DNA from: Mobula birostris
Taxonomy: Eukaryota
Length of the DNA: 64,000 nt
Reading direction: 5' to 3'
NCBI RefSeq assembly: GCF_030028105.1
Contig: NC_092374.1
Span: 171,950,432 to 172,014,431 of the forward strand
Shown: piece by piece, positions 50,401 through 60,289 of the stretch
How the letters are laid out: each line of letters begins with the position of its first letter
Position numbering within the stretch: position 1 is the stretch's first letter
The notes under the pieces: generated by a model
Told to the model about the DNA's origin: nothing
Seen by the model: only the letters and a program-made list of their open reading frames with translations
Database searches by the model: none
Program-made: the position numbers and the translations under genes

Positions 50401-53067
50401 GGAGTTTCAAAATGTAAAGTAGAGACTCAAGTGGGAATTCCAGAGGTTAGGGTCTTAGTAATTGAAATATAGGGGGGTTAGGGCAAAGGAAATTATGCAT
50501 GCTAGAACTGGAATAGTGCAGATTTTGGATAACAGAGATTGGAAAGGCCAATGCCAAGGTGGGACTTTCTTAAAAACAAAAGCACTCTGAATTTACTTAG
50601 CTTTAATTTGTTCAGAAATAAAATTCCAGTGCTGATCACTGATTACGATTTATCCAAAATGAGTATGGATTAATTTTTTTTTGTAGATTTACTCTGCAAA
50701 GCTTTTCTCTCTGCCATCACTTCTCCCGTAAACACCATTTGTTACTGAACAGTTTCATGGATGATAGAAACAGTCAGGAATCTCATCCAAATAGCTACCA
50801 TGGAAATAATTTCTATTCAAGCTCACAAGTTGTTCAAAAGCGACAACATTTACATTTCAGTAGATATGCAGTACAGGCCATGGGTTATCAACACCTGACT
50901 TATAGATACCCCTAAAGGAACAAGCTCCATATTAAATTCAGTCATGTAACCTGTATACATAAATTCCTTCCTATCAAAATCAGAGCTATTTTCCTCTCTC
51001 TGCACTTTTAGAAATTGATCAGTTTTATACGCTTTTGATACCACAACAATTCTGTAAAGGTATTGTGAAGTGATTGTTGTGCATTTTCTGACCTATGGAC
51101 AAAATTGACTCAGGGATGTCTGTAAAAATGGAACTGGTTTGTTACCCAGGAATGACGAGGAAGAGGAACTGCAGTTGATCTTCCCCTGTCTGGTACAGGG
51201 TTCACTATCAACTGCAGCCTTCTTACTAATGACCCAGTTAAAGACTTAAATTGCGTACAAGCTGGGAATCCAAATGGGCCAGTTACACAAAGATAGATTA
51301 GTGAATGAGTTTATTAATATTTATTAATAGAACAGAAAGAAATTCCAGAACTTTGGACAATAGTAGCAGAAGACAAATCACAATGATACAGCAGTAACAC
51401 AAAAACTCAATATTTTGAGTTTAGATAAAGTACAGTCCCAAAAGATCATAAATAGTGGGGAGAAGGCAGAGAACAAAAGTGAAAATTTTGAAACGGATTG
51501 CTTAAACAAGAGGCTGTGTAGGTCAGCAACAGAATATTCGAAGTCAAGGTATGAGCAGCTGAATTGTATTACTAGGAAAGTACTCCCCTACCCAACAGGA
51601 GCATCGGAATAGCTTAAACGGCAAGAGGGCATCAGCAGCAGAGCTGAAGCAGGGCCAAAGGTGGATAATTTTAGACATTTATTGATGCAATGGATATGTA
51701 GTTCATAAAACTCATCAGAATCAACACAACACAAAGCTGTTGACACAGTTATCAGCTTCATTTGCCAGAGAAAGGGATAAATTAATGACTCCATTAAAAT
51801 ACTTTCTGTAATCTCAGGTTATCCCTCCCACTTTAGTTATTATTACTGGAGGAAAAAATACTAGCTGCTGCTTTGCACAGGAAGATCTCACATACAGCAT
51901 TATTGTGATGAGTAGAAAACTTTTTGCAGTGTTGGCCAGGGAACAAGTATTGTGCAACACCTAGTCCACTACTCATTTGTAATAGAAACACGGCAGCAAC
52001 AAGATGAATAGGCAGGGCCTTGGTTTTACAACTCAACCAAGAGATGGCGCCTCCTTCAGAAGAGCACCCCACAGCCCTGGAAAATTGGCCTAGATGTTTT
52101 GCGCTTCGTCTTTGGAGTGACATGTGAGCCCCCAACATTCTGGCTCAGAAACAACAGGGCCTACTGTTGTAGCTACAGGTGGCAGAATGTTGTCAATGCA
52201 TTCACAGTACATGTTATATTAAATTTAAATATAAATTAGCAATTCAGAATTTTACTCATCCCTCAAGCTAAAAAAATTCTATGTCCTGTTGTATAACCTC
52301 AAACTTCCAAGTGTTTAAGCTATTAAGTTTCTCAAACTTCGCTTTGATGGAACTACTCCCTCAAAAAAAAAGAAACTATTCCTACTTTAGAAAAAAAGCA
52401 AGTACTTTTGGGGGCATTTTTCAACTTTCTTAACAGCAACAAATGCACTTTAAAAAGTTTTTTGGAAGCCTCTGTGCAAACAGCTCTCTCTCCTAATTTG
52501 CTACTAATTGACATTTCCGAGTTTGCTATCATTACGGGCAATGAAATGTTACACAATTATACCGAGGCTTCACATGAGCCATTCTCAAATGTAATAAATA
52601 ACCAAAAGCTAATGAATACGTTCTACATTCTTACGAGCCTCCAACAGACTAATGAACATTTACAAAGTGATATTAAAAATACAGTCCCGCTCAGTTATGT
52701 AAATATCGAAAAAAAGTAAACAGTACAATAAATTTCAAGCCTGTCGACGTGCATAGGTACAAACAACAGATGAAAAGCGCAGATCCCAAATTCAGCAAAT
52801 TTGGCCAATTCTTGGGAGACCCTCGGGGACCATTAAAAATAACTATGGTAAAGAAAGATTTTTGCGAGGCGGTAATATTGTTGCTCGGGGATTGATGAAG
52901 ACAGCGCCCGAGCCACAGTAGGAAAAGGCCGGGAGCTGCACAGTCCGAGGCGGCCGCGGCCCGAGGCCTCCACTTCAACAACTTGACTATGAACTCAGCG
53001 CGCAACTCTCGCCACGAATGAACGCCCGACAGGACGGGCCCATGGGCCCACTCACTCACCCCTTCAT
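11292..53067 (-). CDS. NAA50: N-alpha-acetyltransferase 50 (NatE catalytic subunit); spliced CDS join(53060-53067,29971-30107,23687-23806,20460-20526,11292-11463), 167 aa
   Basis: Manual splicing (8+137+120+67+172=504 nt, all GT-AG) gives [171 protein letters not shown] acetyl-CoA motif RRLGIG and catalytic Y73/H112 are present. Confidence 0.98.
11826..13245 (+). mobile_element. Penelope-like retroelement, 5'-truncated (RT thumb, GIY-YIG, hammerhead tail); CR1 3' end inserted at about 12780-13030
   Basis: [57 protein letters not shown]; tail cagtcctgaagaagggtctcagcccaaaacgttgact at 13147-13183. Confidence 0.88.
14282..14495. repeat. Fold-back palindrome of two Penelope-like tails
   Basis: Arms 14282-14368 and 14377-14462 are imperfect reverse complements. 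Confidence 0.85.
15600..16361 (-). mobile_element. Young CR1 (HER1-like) LINE 3' fragment, inserted in a Rex1 tail
   Basis: ORFs [14 protein letters not shown]...[11 protein letters not shown] and [13 protein letters not shown]...NLWNSLP; tail tttctatgtttctatg. Confidence 0.93.
16362..17385 (-). mobile_element. Rex1-type LINE RT fragment (its 3' tip lies at about 15535-15600)
   Basis: [33 protein letters not shown]. Confidence 0.85.
17635..19665 (+). mobile_element. Penelope-like 3' tail (17635-17842 plus 19441-19665) split by the Tc1
   Basis: NIDFSN, then pyrimidine tract, then cctgatgaagggtctcag...gatgctgcctgac after the Tc1. Confidence 0.75.
17843..19440 (-). mobile_element. Near full-length Tc1 DNA transposon (IR/DR type) with frameshifted transposase
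   Basis: TIRs CAGTGGCATGCAAAAGTTTGGG at both ends, TA at left, inner direct repeats at 18035 and 19228. ORF pieces [13 protein letters not shown] (paired-like HTH), QQDNDPKH and [11 protein letters not shown] (DDE). Confidence 0.95.
19832..20110 (+). mobile_element. tRNA-derived SINE
   Basis: A-box-like ggcgtggtagtataatg and B-box-like gggttcaattcc; related copies at about 30855, 31812 (-) and 56490. Confidence 0.65.
20460..20526 (-). CDS. NAA50: NAA50 coding exon 4
   Basis: ttttatttag|GAACCAAAATG...TATCT|gtgagt; encodes [23 protein letters not shown]. Confidence 0.97.
20893..21931 (+). mobile_element. Young CR1 (HER1-like) LINE, 5'-truncated, with long open RT C-terminus
   Basis: 314-aa ORF with [22 protein letters not shown] and [11 protein letters not shown]; frameshift near the end; tttctatgtttct tail. 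Confidence 0.95.
22456..22970. mobile_element. PIF/Harbinger-type MITE (515 bp)
   Basis: TIRs aggctgatttatacttctg / cagaaatataaaaaagcct with TTA duplicated at 22453-22455 and 22971-22973; CpG-rich; sits in a Rex1 tail. Confidence 0.8.
23687..23806 (-). CDS. NAA50: NAA50 coding exon 3
   Basis: ttgcag|CATATTTC...GGAATAG|gtaagc; encodes [16 protein letters not shown]...RRLGI (ORF 23622-23825). Confidence 0.97.
24679..25290 (-). mobile_element. Rex1-type LINE 3' end with duplicated terminal ~80 bp
   Basis: Same family as 7680 and 47962 (gttcaaagtaaatttattatc...catatacaaccctgagattcattttc). Confidence 0.75.
26270..26920. mobile_element. Penelope-like fragment (-, 26270-26597) abutting a CR1 3' end (+, about 26600-26920)
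   Basis: Purine-rich PLE tail in reverse; CR1 end gcacaacatcgtgggcc...tgtgctgtagatttctat. Confidence 0.7.
27034..27113. mobile_element. 80-bp hAT (Charlie-type) MITE
   Basis: TIRs caggggtttccaa / ttgagaacccctg; 8-bp TSD-like flanks cactagag / acctagag. Confidence 0.8.
27410..28790 (+). mobile_element. Penelope-like retroelement (RT C-terminal part, GIY-YIG, hammerhead tail)
   Basis: [12 protein letters not shown] (YIDD region), [22 protein letters not shown]; tail agtcctgatgaggggtcgcggcccgaaacattaactg at 28655-28691. Confidence 0.9.
29971..30107 (-). CDS. NAA50: NAA50 coding exon 2
   Basis: ttttgtttcag|TAGCCGGATT...AAATTAG|gtact; encodes [12 protein letters not shown]...ELAKL (ORF 29930-30142). 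Confidence 0.97.
30714..32497. repeat. About 142-bp direct repeats (30714-30855 and 32355-32497) flanking a SINE cluster
   Basis: gtccttag.catttttttt..actcttat...cccttcctaaag.at occurs twice with scattered differences. Confidence 0.85.
31032..31668 (+). mobile_element. Young CpG-rich non-autonomous retroelement with Rex1-like tail, nested in a tRNA SINE
   Basis: Host SINE resumes at 31669 (caggtggattgctagg); insert ends tgacaataaaagaggactg...aatctaaaaaaaa. Confidence 0.6.
33493..34795 (+). mobile_element. Non-autonomous Tigger/pogo-like DNA transposon (internally deleted)
   Basis: TA-CAGGTG...ACCTG ends; CENP-B-like [38 protein letters not shown] and a [10 protein letters not shown] motif; no DDD domain. 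Confidence 0.88.
36115..36675 (-). mobile_element. Rex1-type LINE 3' fragment
   Basis: [12 protein letters not shown]...[10 protein letters not shown]. Confidence 0.8.
38060..39280 (+). mobile_element. Rex1-type LINE RT fragment
   Basis: [44 protein letters not shown]; close relative of the 1135-3275 copy. Confidence 0.9.
39281..41340 (-). mobile_element. Penelope-like 3' tail (39281-39340 plus 40900-41272) with hammerhead motif at 40902-40938, followed by a short inverted piece
   Basis: Reverse complement AGTC CTGATGA AGGGTCTTGGCCC GAAACATC GACTG; ...GMNIDFSNF near 41240-41272. Confidence 0.85.
39341..40899 (-). mobile_element. Second Tigger-like copy, inverted relative to the 33493 copy; inserted in a Penelope tail
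   Basis: TA|CAGGTTTCCCCCG...GGGGTCACCTG|TA; host tail ggaagagata|cagtcgatgtttcggg rejoins across it. Confidence 0.9.
41953..42410 (+). mobile_element. Degenerate non-autonomous Tc1-like element
   Basis: Start cagtggacactttactaggtaca and a remnant of a transposase N-terminus. Confidence 0.6.
42760..43995 (+). mobile_element. Rex1-type LINE fragment with SINE insertion at about 42945-43115
   Basis: [37 protein letters not shown]. Confidence 0.85.
43999..44305 (+). mobile_element. tRNA-derived SINE (V-SINE-like)
   Basis: A box tggccaactggttaagg, B box gagttcgagccc, core gtgtccttgagcaagacactt. Confidence 0.8.
45300..47540 (+). mobile_element. Two adjacent old CR1 fragments with small insertions
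   Basis: [31 protein letters not shown]; second copy gtatcacaaggatcagtgctggg. Confidence 0.75.
47745..47930 (+). repeat. Penelope-like 3' tail with hammerhead-like motif 47799-47835
   Basis: agtcctgacaaagggactcggcccgaaacgtcaactg. Confidence 0.8.
47962..48667 (-). mobile_element. Rex1-type LINE 3' fragment
   Basis: [28 protein letters not shown]. Confidence 0.82.
53060..53067 (-). CDS. NAA50: NAA50 coding exon 1 (ATG AAG GG)
   Basis: Minus strand GCACC-ATGAAGGG|GTGAGT within a CpG island; good Kozak context; phase joins exon 2 to give MKGSR. Confidence 0.93.
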
Positions 53068-54194
53068 GGTGCGCGGGCACTTGTCCGTCTTCACCTGTTA
53101 ACTGAGCGGGGTAGGGGATGAAGGTAATCGCCCGACTCCTCAACCTCTAACACATGCCACTCACCGCGCTCCCTCCGCTCCGCGCCACCCACTCTCACCT
53201 CCGACCTCTGACCCCACCTCCGAGCCAACACTTCGTTCGCATCTCATCGAATGAGAGACGAACCTTCCCGAGTCTGGCCGGACGGATCCCGAGTTCCTCC
53301 GAACATAACCGAGATTTCCCGAGTCTGGCCGAACGGAACCCGAGTCTTTCCGAAACAGACCCTATCGGAAGTCACGACTTGGAATGTTAACTTCGTTTCT
53401 GTCTCCACAAGCGCTGCATAACCTCCTAAATATTTCCAACGTGTCCTGTTTTATTTCATATTTCCAGGCTCTGCAGTGATTTGTTCAAATCTAAACGATT
53501 CTGCTTCGAGCGTAGTCGGACGGAGTCAAGCGTGTCGCCGACTCCAAGCGACCCGGCCCGAATCGAGCCGAACTCAGCAAATCTCGCAGAAATAATGATT
53601 CGCTGCCGTTTGGACCTTCCTTTATGTTTATTTCTTTTGATATGTCCCTTAAACTGGCTTCAATGCATTAATGAGTTAAGAGAGCGAAATAATGAAACCA
53701 TGTATCTTTTAATACTCTCCTGCTTTATATTTTGTTTCACATATGTGGGGATTCATCAATTGTATTTGAACAATCATTAGGTTTATGTTTTTCGGTTTTA
53801 GAGAGAAGGGATGTGTTGGGAAACGATTATCACGTGACCATGATTTTTCTCTCCTTCCCCCCCCCCAAAGAGTTTATCTTACGGGAAAATGAAACTAATC
53901 ATCGGATCAAAACGTCTCACCTCGACAAATAATCAAATCTTTAAATTAAATTGTATTTATAATGAATAATTTTCAGAATTCGGGTTAGAAGCAACCTAAG
54001 TGACGTCATACGCTCGTTAAGTTATTGCATCCCAAATATCATTTCTTTTAAGAAAATAAGGTATTAATTATCGTTTGCTTACACCTTCAAATCTTAATCT
54101 TCATCATGAATTTTAAAAAGTAAAAATTAATTGTGAGAAATTCAGTGCTTTCTGTAGCACCGCCGCTTACAGTTTGGCAGGGTGCGCATGCGCG

Positions 54195-54270
54195 GCGGGT
54201 GGTCAGCTGACTGTCAACCGTCTGCGGCTGCGGGAGCTCGAGACGACGGCGCGGTGGTGGAGAGACGCAG
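54195..54270 (+). other. ATP6V1A: Putative non-coding first exon of divergent gene, probably ATP6V1A (5' start approximate)
   Basis: GC-rich segment ending in donor CAG|GTAATG at 54270/54271. In human, ATP6V1A lies head-to-head with NAA50 and has a non-coding exon 1. No coding exon (MDFSKLP...) found in the window. Confidence 0.6.
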
Positions 54271-55714
54271 GTAATGGGCAGCTGGCCGGCTCCAGGCCCG
54301 GTGTGCGGCAGTGAGGGCATCGAGTCAGGGCCGGTGAGGGATGAGAGGGGCCAGCGAGTCAGGGCCGGTGAGGGAGGGGAGATGGTAAAGAAGACAGCAG
54401 CATCTTCCAGTCTGGCATCAGATTAATTCCTTTTTTTCTGCACTATTTTTATATTTATTATATAATCCAACACCTTTCACAATATGTCAGCAATAATAAA
54501 CCAAATCCTGAGAGGAAGAGGACAGTTTCCCGGCACCAAACTGGATTTTAATCTCTCTCCACTAGCCTGATTACATTCTGTTTTATCTTCTCATGTTCGG
54601 ACGCTGTTATCTTGTCCGCTACACCGTCTCCCTCACATTTACAATCCCCATTGCCTGTACTTTTTCCAAACCTATCAGCTTTGACGTGTTTTGTGTATTG
54701 CCAAGTGAATTGGCTGTAGGTGTGCTGCATTATTAGTTGTCCATCAATCACCCAGGGAAAACTGGGAGGATGAGAGCTGTGCCTTGTACCAGGTTTAGGA
54801 AATGAAACAGGAGTTTCACAACTAATGTGGGAGGACTTAATGTAGTGGCCAATCATTGTTTGCTGAATCTTGACATTGGTTTATTTTCACTTGTATGAGA
54901 TACAGTGAAAAGCTTTTATATTGCATACGATCCAGTCAGATTCATATTATTTTGCTTCATTTATTCTCAATTTCTTCTTTCCCACCTCTCACCTGAATGT
55001 TTAATGGGTATATTGATTAAGTGAATGATAGAGGACTGGCATATATGTGTACAATCCAACTGTGGCAAGCTGCAACATTACATTTAATTGATATTTTGGC
55101 TAAGAGCAGGAAGTGATCTTATATTGTACAAATTCAGTAGAATCATTAACACTCATCAAAGTCAGAAATTTGCCACCAACTTGACCTGGCCTCAAGCCGA
55201 CATAGCTTGGCTTGATATTCTCTGCAGTGCCTTACCATGCTATTTGTATATAAAGCCATCTCTCAGCGCCTCAGGGAGCTTATGGCTGAGAAGTAAGCGT
55301 TGTTTTTCCTTTAAACAATCCTTATTGACATTCAGAAACTAAATAATCAACAGTGTAGAAATGTGCTGGAATATTTTGCATTTAGCTAAGGTTAATGTTA
55401 GCTTAGGTGGTGAGTATTGAAAATTTATTTCACTAGTGTTTTTTGCGAATCAGTAACCAAATGTTTTTTGTGCCTTTGTGCACATCTCATAAATTTCACA
55501 GGTTGTACCATGGCAGAAATGTGAATTCATCCCATTTTTATCCCAGACTTAAATCTTGTTGTTTCCTTTATGATGGGGCAAAAAAAATTGCATTCAACAT
55601 TACAGTTTTATTATCCAGTGGCAAAGATCTGCATTATCACTAAATTCATGAGAGTATATCCAAATACACTGGGTCCAAATTGAAATATATTAGCTGCAAC
55701 AAAGGAACTAAACC

Positions 55715-57730
55715 AATTTTGTCATAAAATCGGAAACATTTGGAATGGTGTGGAAAACATGGGAAACAAGTGGAGACGTTTGGGAGGGTGTTCTTGTTAC
55801 CAGGGAGGAGATGTTTGCATCTTAGAGCATGAAGGTAGATAAATCCCCAGGACCTGACCAAGTACATCCTGGAGCTTCGTGGGAGGTGAAAGAGGGAATC
55901 GCCAAGACCCTTGTGGAGATATTTGCTTCATTATTAGGTATTGATGAAGTTTCAAAAGACTAATGATTTTCCCTTGTTTAAAAAGGGTAGCAAGAACAAG
56001 CAAAGGAACTACAGTTGGTCAGCCTGACATCAGTAATGGGAAAGTTGTTGGAGAGAATTCTGAAGAGTAGGATCTACCAGCATTTGGATGGGAGGAGTCA
56101 GCATGGCTTTATGCGTGGGAAGTTCTGCTTAACAAACCTTTGAACTTTTTGAAGTATCCAAAAAGGTAGATGAGGTTAGGGCAGTGGATGTTGTCTGTTT
56201 GGATTTTAGAAATTATGTTCATAGTAGGTTGGTCTGGAAGGTCCCGATGAAATCTTGGAAGCACTAGATAGGTGGATCAAAATTGGCTCATGGTTAGGTA
56301 AATAGAAAGTGGTTGAAAATTTTTTTTCCTCTCATAATAGAGGCTGGTAACTTGTGGTGTGCCACAGGGACCTGTGTTGGGACATTTTTATTCATTATTT
56401 ATATAAATGATTTGGATGCAAATGCACAAGGCCTAATCAAGTTTGTTGATTTTGAAGAAGGTTATCACATATAAAAGGAGGATCTTGATCACGGTAACAT
56501 AGCAGTTAGTGAAACTGCTTTTGCACCACCAGTGATCACTGATCGGGGTTCAATTCCCGCCACTGTCTGTAAAGAGTTCCTATGTCCTCCCTGTGACTGC
56601 GTGGGTTTCATCCCACATTCCAAAGATATACGGTATTACTACTACTACGTCGACTCAGGCCTAGGGGGCCGGTGTTGGGCACGATGACGGGCTCTCCACC
56701 CCTCCCTCTCCCTCATCAGTGTGTTCAGTTCATCTACATTAGCTGCGCCGCTGTCTTCTAGGAGCATGTTGTCCATAGTCTTGTGAGAGTGCCCAGGGTT
56801 CATCCTCCCATGCTTGGGCTCCCATATGATGACCAGGGTGGCATAGACAGTGCCCGGCTAGTTGCAGTCTATATGATAGGCATATTATATTGGTGCCAGA
56901 AGCATAGGCTACCTCCAGTACAATCCTCGCTGATCTGATTTTACGCATTTCACTGTGCTTTTACACTGTACATGTGACAAATAGTGTGGTAAATGGGCTT
57001 CAATACAGATAAGTGTAAGGTGATGATCTTTGCAAGGTCAAACCAGTGTAGGACATGTACTATGAATGATAAGGCACAAATGAGTGCAATGAAACAGGGA
57101 CATGGGAGTACAAGTGTACAGTTTGTTGAAAATGGCATCACAGCTACACAGTGTGGTGAAAAGGCTAAAGTACTCTGGCTTTAATCATTCTGGGCATTGA
57201 GTTTAGGAAATGGGATGTTATGTTTTAGTGGTGTCAGTCATTGGTGAAGCTGCACTTGGAGAACTTTGTACTGTTTTGGCCACACTTTTCGGAAAGGTGT
57301 AGTTAAACTGGAAAAGGTGCGTAAAAGATTTACAAGGTTATTGCCAGGACTGGAGAACCTGAGTTGAGAGAGATTGCCCAGGCTGGGTCTTCATTCCTTC
57401 GAACATAGGAGAATGAGGAGTGACTTTATATTATTTAAAATTATCAAAGGCAGCAAGACTAAAACTAGGTGGTGTAGATTTAAGGTGAGAGGGAAAAGAT
57501 TTATAAAGGCCATTTTTTCATGCAGAGGGTGGCGAGTATATGGACTGAGCAGCTAGAGAAAGTGGTGAGGTAGGATCATTTAACAAGCACTTGGGTATGT
57601 TCGTGGAGGGGTGGGCTTCAAGAGAAGTGGGCAAAACACAGAAAATTAGTCCTGGCAGGGTGGGGCTGATCAGCAGGGACTCATTGAGCCAAAGGATGTG
57701 TATCCATGCTGTATTGTTCTGTACTCCATG
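55715..57730 (+). mobile_element. Decayed CR1 LINE with nested SINEs (tRNA SINE about 56490-56980 containing a second element about 56637-56945)
   Basis: GNYSWSA/SLTSVMGK-like segment, gtgccacagggacctgtgttggg, FNTDKCKVM, LHSFEHRRMR. Confidence 0.75.
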
Positions 57731-59052
57731 CAAGTTTTAAACTCAATTAACCAGGATTCATGCATATTAGGCAAAATGTGTAAATAATTGTAATGGAATA
57801 ACTTTTTTTTAATTTGGCCTACTTTTCAAGAAATACTTAAGTATGTGCCACATAATCCCCAACTTGCCAGATCCAAATCAATACAGCAGATTTTCTTTTG
57901 ATTAAAACAAGCCAGGAATTACCTGGACCTTGTACAATATTGCTGGTTATGTTGTTGGGTCAGGGCAAGTCTCTGCTAGTTACCCTTAGAAGAAAACAAG
58001 CCACCTTCCCTGGCTTTGCCATGTGTCAAAGCTGACAAGTTTTTGAATATTCCTGGCATTTCCTGCAACACCTAACATTCAGAAATGAAAGAAGTTATGC
58101 AAAAAAACTTTAAAATGGCTACAGACTTGTATCATAAAATGTGCTGTCTTTTCTAGCAATTAGAGCTGATTGCTCACTCTGCCATCTTTTGGGCCATATT
58201 GCCCTACTGCATTCTATCCAATTACAAAATTCATCACAGTATCATTTTTTTTTACTCATTTAAACTATTACATGTAATCTATTTGCTCTTAATTATGTGC
58301 TTTTGATGACTACTATTAGATTCTGAACTATTTTAGATTGGAGGAGCTGTATAATAGTTTTTAGCATTAACTGTCTCGCTCTTCAGAAGCTTAGAAGTGA
58401 GCAATTTCTGGTGTGACCAATCTTCAGTAAGATTTCTCATAAGTGGAATGTCACTAACCTTGCGCAAGTCACCACTGCATCACTGACTTGCTCACTGCAT
58501 CTGCCATAATTCTGTATAATAGGTCATTTCAAAGTTAATCCTTTTAAAGATTTTTATCGTTTAATTAGTCTTACTCTTGTCTATTTTATAAAAGCAAATA
58601 GTTGACATTGTCTTGAATTACTATACATGAATAAGTGTTTTGGTCCCACTTAAATTTTAAAAATAAACCACGTCATACAAGTAAATTTATGTTGAAAATC
58701 ATAAGCATGTTTGATTGTGTATATAAATATTAACGTCAAGATGCTTAACGAACATTGTTGTTAAGTAACTTTGCCAATTTAGAATTGGACTTTCAACTGA
58801 GCTTTATGTTAGGCATGTTAACTATGTTGTTTCGATGTTACTTTTCAGTAAGCTTGAGTTTGAGAAATGATTAATATTTTACTACCTTAACTTCCATTCA
58901 GCAGTTATTCCTTAAAATTGTGAATAGTAAATGTTATAAAAGATCTGTGGTTATTGTGTAGGAGTGAAGTATCCCCACACAGGTCCCTGAAACTTGATAA
59001 CATTTCAAAAGCACTGAATGCATGTCATTGAAATAAATTGCATATATAAAAG

Positions 59053-59190
59053 CAGTCCAGATGAAGTGTCTCGCCCCTAAGTTGTCGACTGTTTATTCCT
59101 CTCCATAGATGCTGCCTGACCTGCTGAGTTCCTTCAGCATTTTGTGTGCGTTAGTCTGGATTTCCAGCAGCTGCAGGATCTCTTGTGTTC
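59053..59190 (+). repeat. Penelope-like 3' tail, degenerate hammerhead
   Basis: cagtccagatgaagtgtctcgcccc...gtcgactg...gatgctgcctgacctgctgag. Confidence 0.75.
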
Positions 59191-60289
59191 ATGCTTGTAT
59201 AAAAGGACAGTTCAAATGTAAAATTTGGTTTACTCCCTCTTTATCAATATGACGATCCAAAACAAAACTTGTATAATTTAAGGAATTTTGATATGCAGTT
59301 GCCTTACTGTTTCTAGCTCCAGAAAAATAGTGCCTTGGGCAAAATTGCCCTGCTGTGACTGCAGTATGAACACTAAAAGGGAAAGCAACGAAGCTCTTGC
59401 TAATTAGCTTGAGCAGGAACGATAAAGTATAAAACTTCTCCAGTGCTGCATTTGCTCACTGGTCAGGGTTTGCTTTCTGATTGCTGTGCTTTTTAGTCTC
59501 AACTGGACAAGATATAACTTGAATAAGAATTAATGAACTGTTTTTCTAAGGGGAAGCTGAAGTAATCAGAAATTATATTCATCATTCGTCGTTTGGATCA
59601 TTCTGTAGGAAGCTTGCTAGAAGTGTTAAATTTTTCTCCCCTTGCCCATGATGATGATGAATGCTTAGCCTCCCAATATGTTTCCTTGGGATGATGAATT
59701 GCTGTTGGGAAGATTAATAAATATGGATGGGAATGGTGTCAGCAAAATAACAATGACCCTTCTTGTTTGAATCTGGGTTTGCTCTCCCAGAAACTAAACC
59801 AAAATTGCACAAACAACTGAGAAACGGTCCAAAAGTTAGTTTAAGATTGCAGAAGTGAAAGGATTATGTTGTAACCTATTTGAAAGTATCTACAATTTTA
59901 TTTGGAAGTTTTTCCCAGTACTGTACAGTTTAACTCTTAATTTTTCACTTTGACTGGACAGTCTAAGATAATCCCAGAACCTTGTGCAATGAAAGCAGAA
60001 TGTTAATTATTATTTCACTTCCTTTTCCAATTAAGGATCCAACTGTGGCTACAGAAAGTACATGTACTCTAGAGGGCACTGTAGTTGCTCAGTCCTTATT
60101 TAAATTCCACGAGCTGCATAACAGCAGTATCCTTTTCATTTACAACTTGAAATGTTTCCTGCTCTATTTGTAGAGCAGGAAACACAATGTGTACTCTGTT
60201 ATCCATTATGTGAGCCATATATTTCTGTAAAATCTTCAATTCTCTTTTGCTTTGAAATTATAACATAATTCAACTAGCACAGTCTACAG

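Larger units (their letters stand above)
52870..54380. promoter_or_regulatory. CpG-rich bidirectional promoter between NAA50 (-) and a divergent gene (+)
   Basis: High CpG density. CLEAR/E-box ATCACGTGAC 53829-53838, CRE TGACGTCA 54001-54008, NRF1-like TGCGCATGCGCG 54183-54194, palindromic E-box GTCAGCTGAC 54202-54211, ETS-like CGGAAGT about 53366. Confidence 0.8.

Noticed and set aside
52691-53143. 150-aa minus-strand ORF across NAA50 exon 1
   Set aside because: TTG start, out of frame with NAA50, reads through the donor into the intron; no domain.
53265-53356. CRISPR-like repeat array
   Set aside because: Only two imperfect units in a eukaryotic promoter; no spacers or cas genes.
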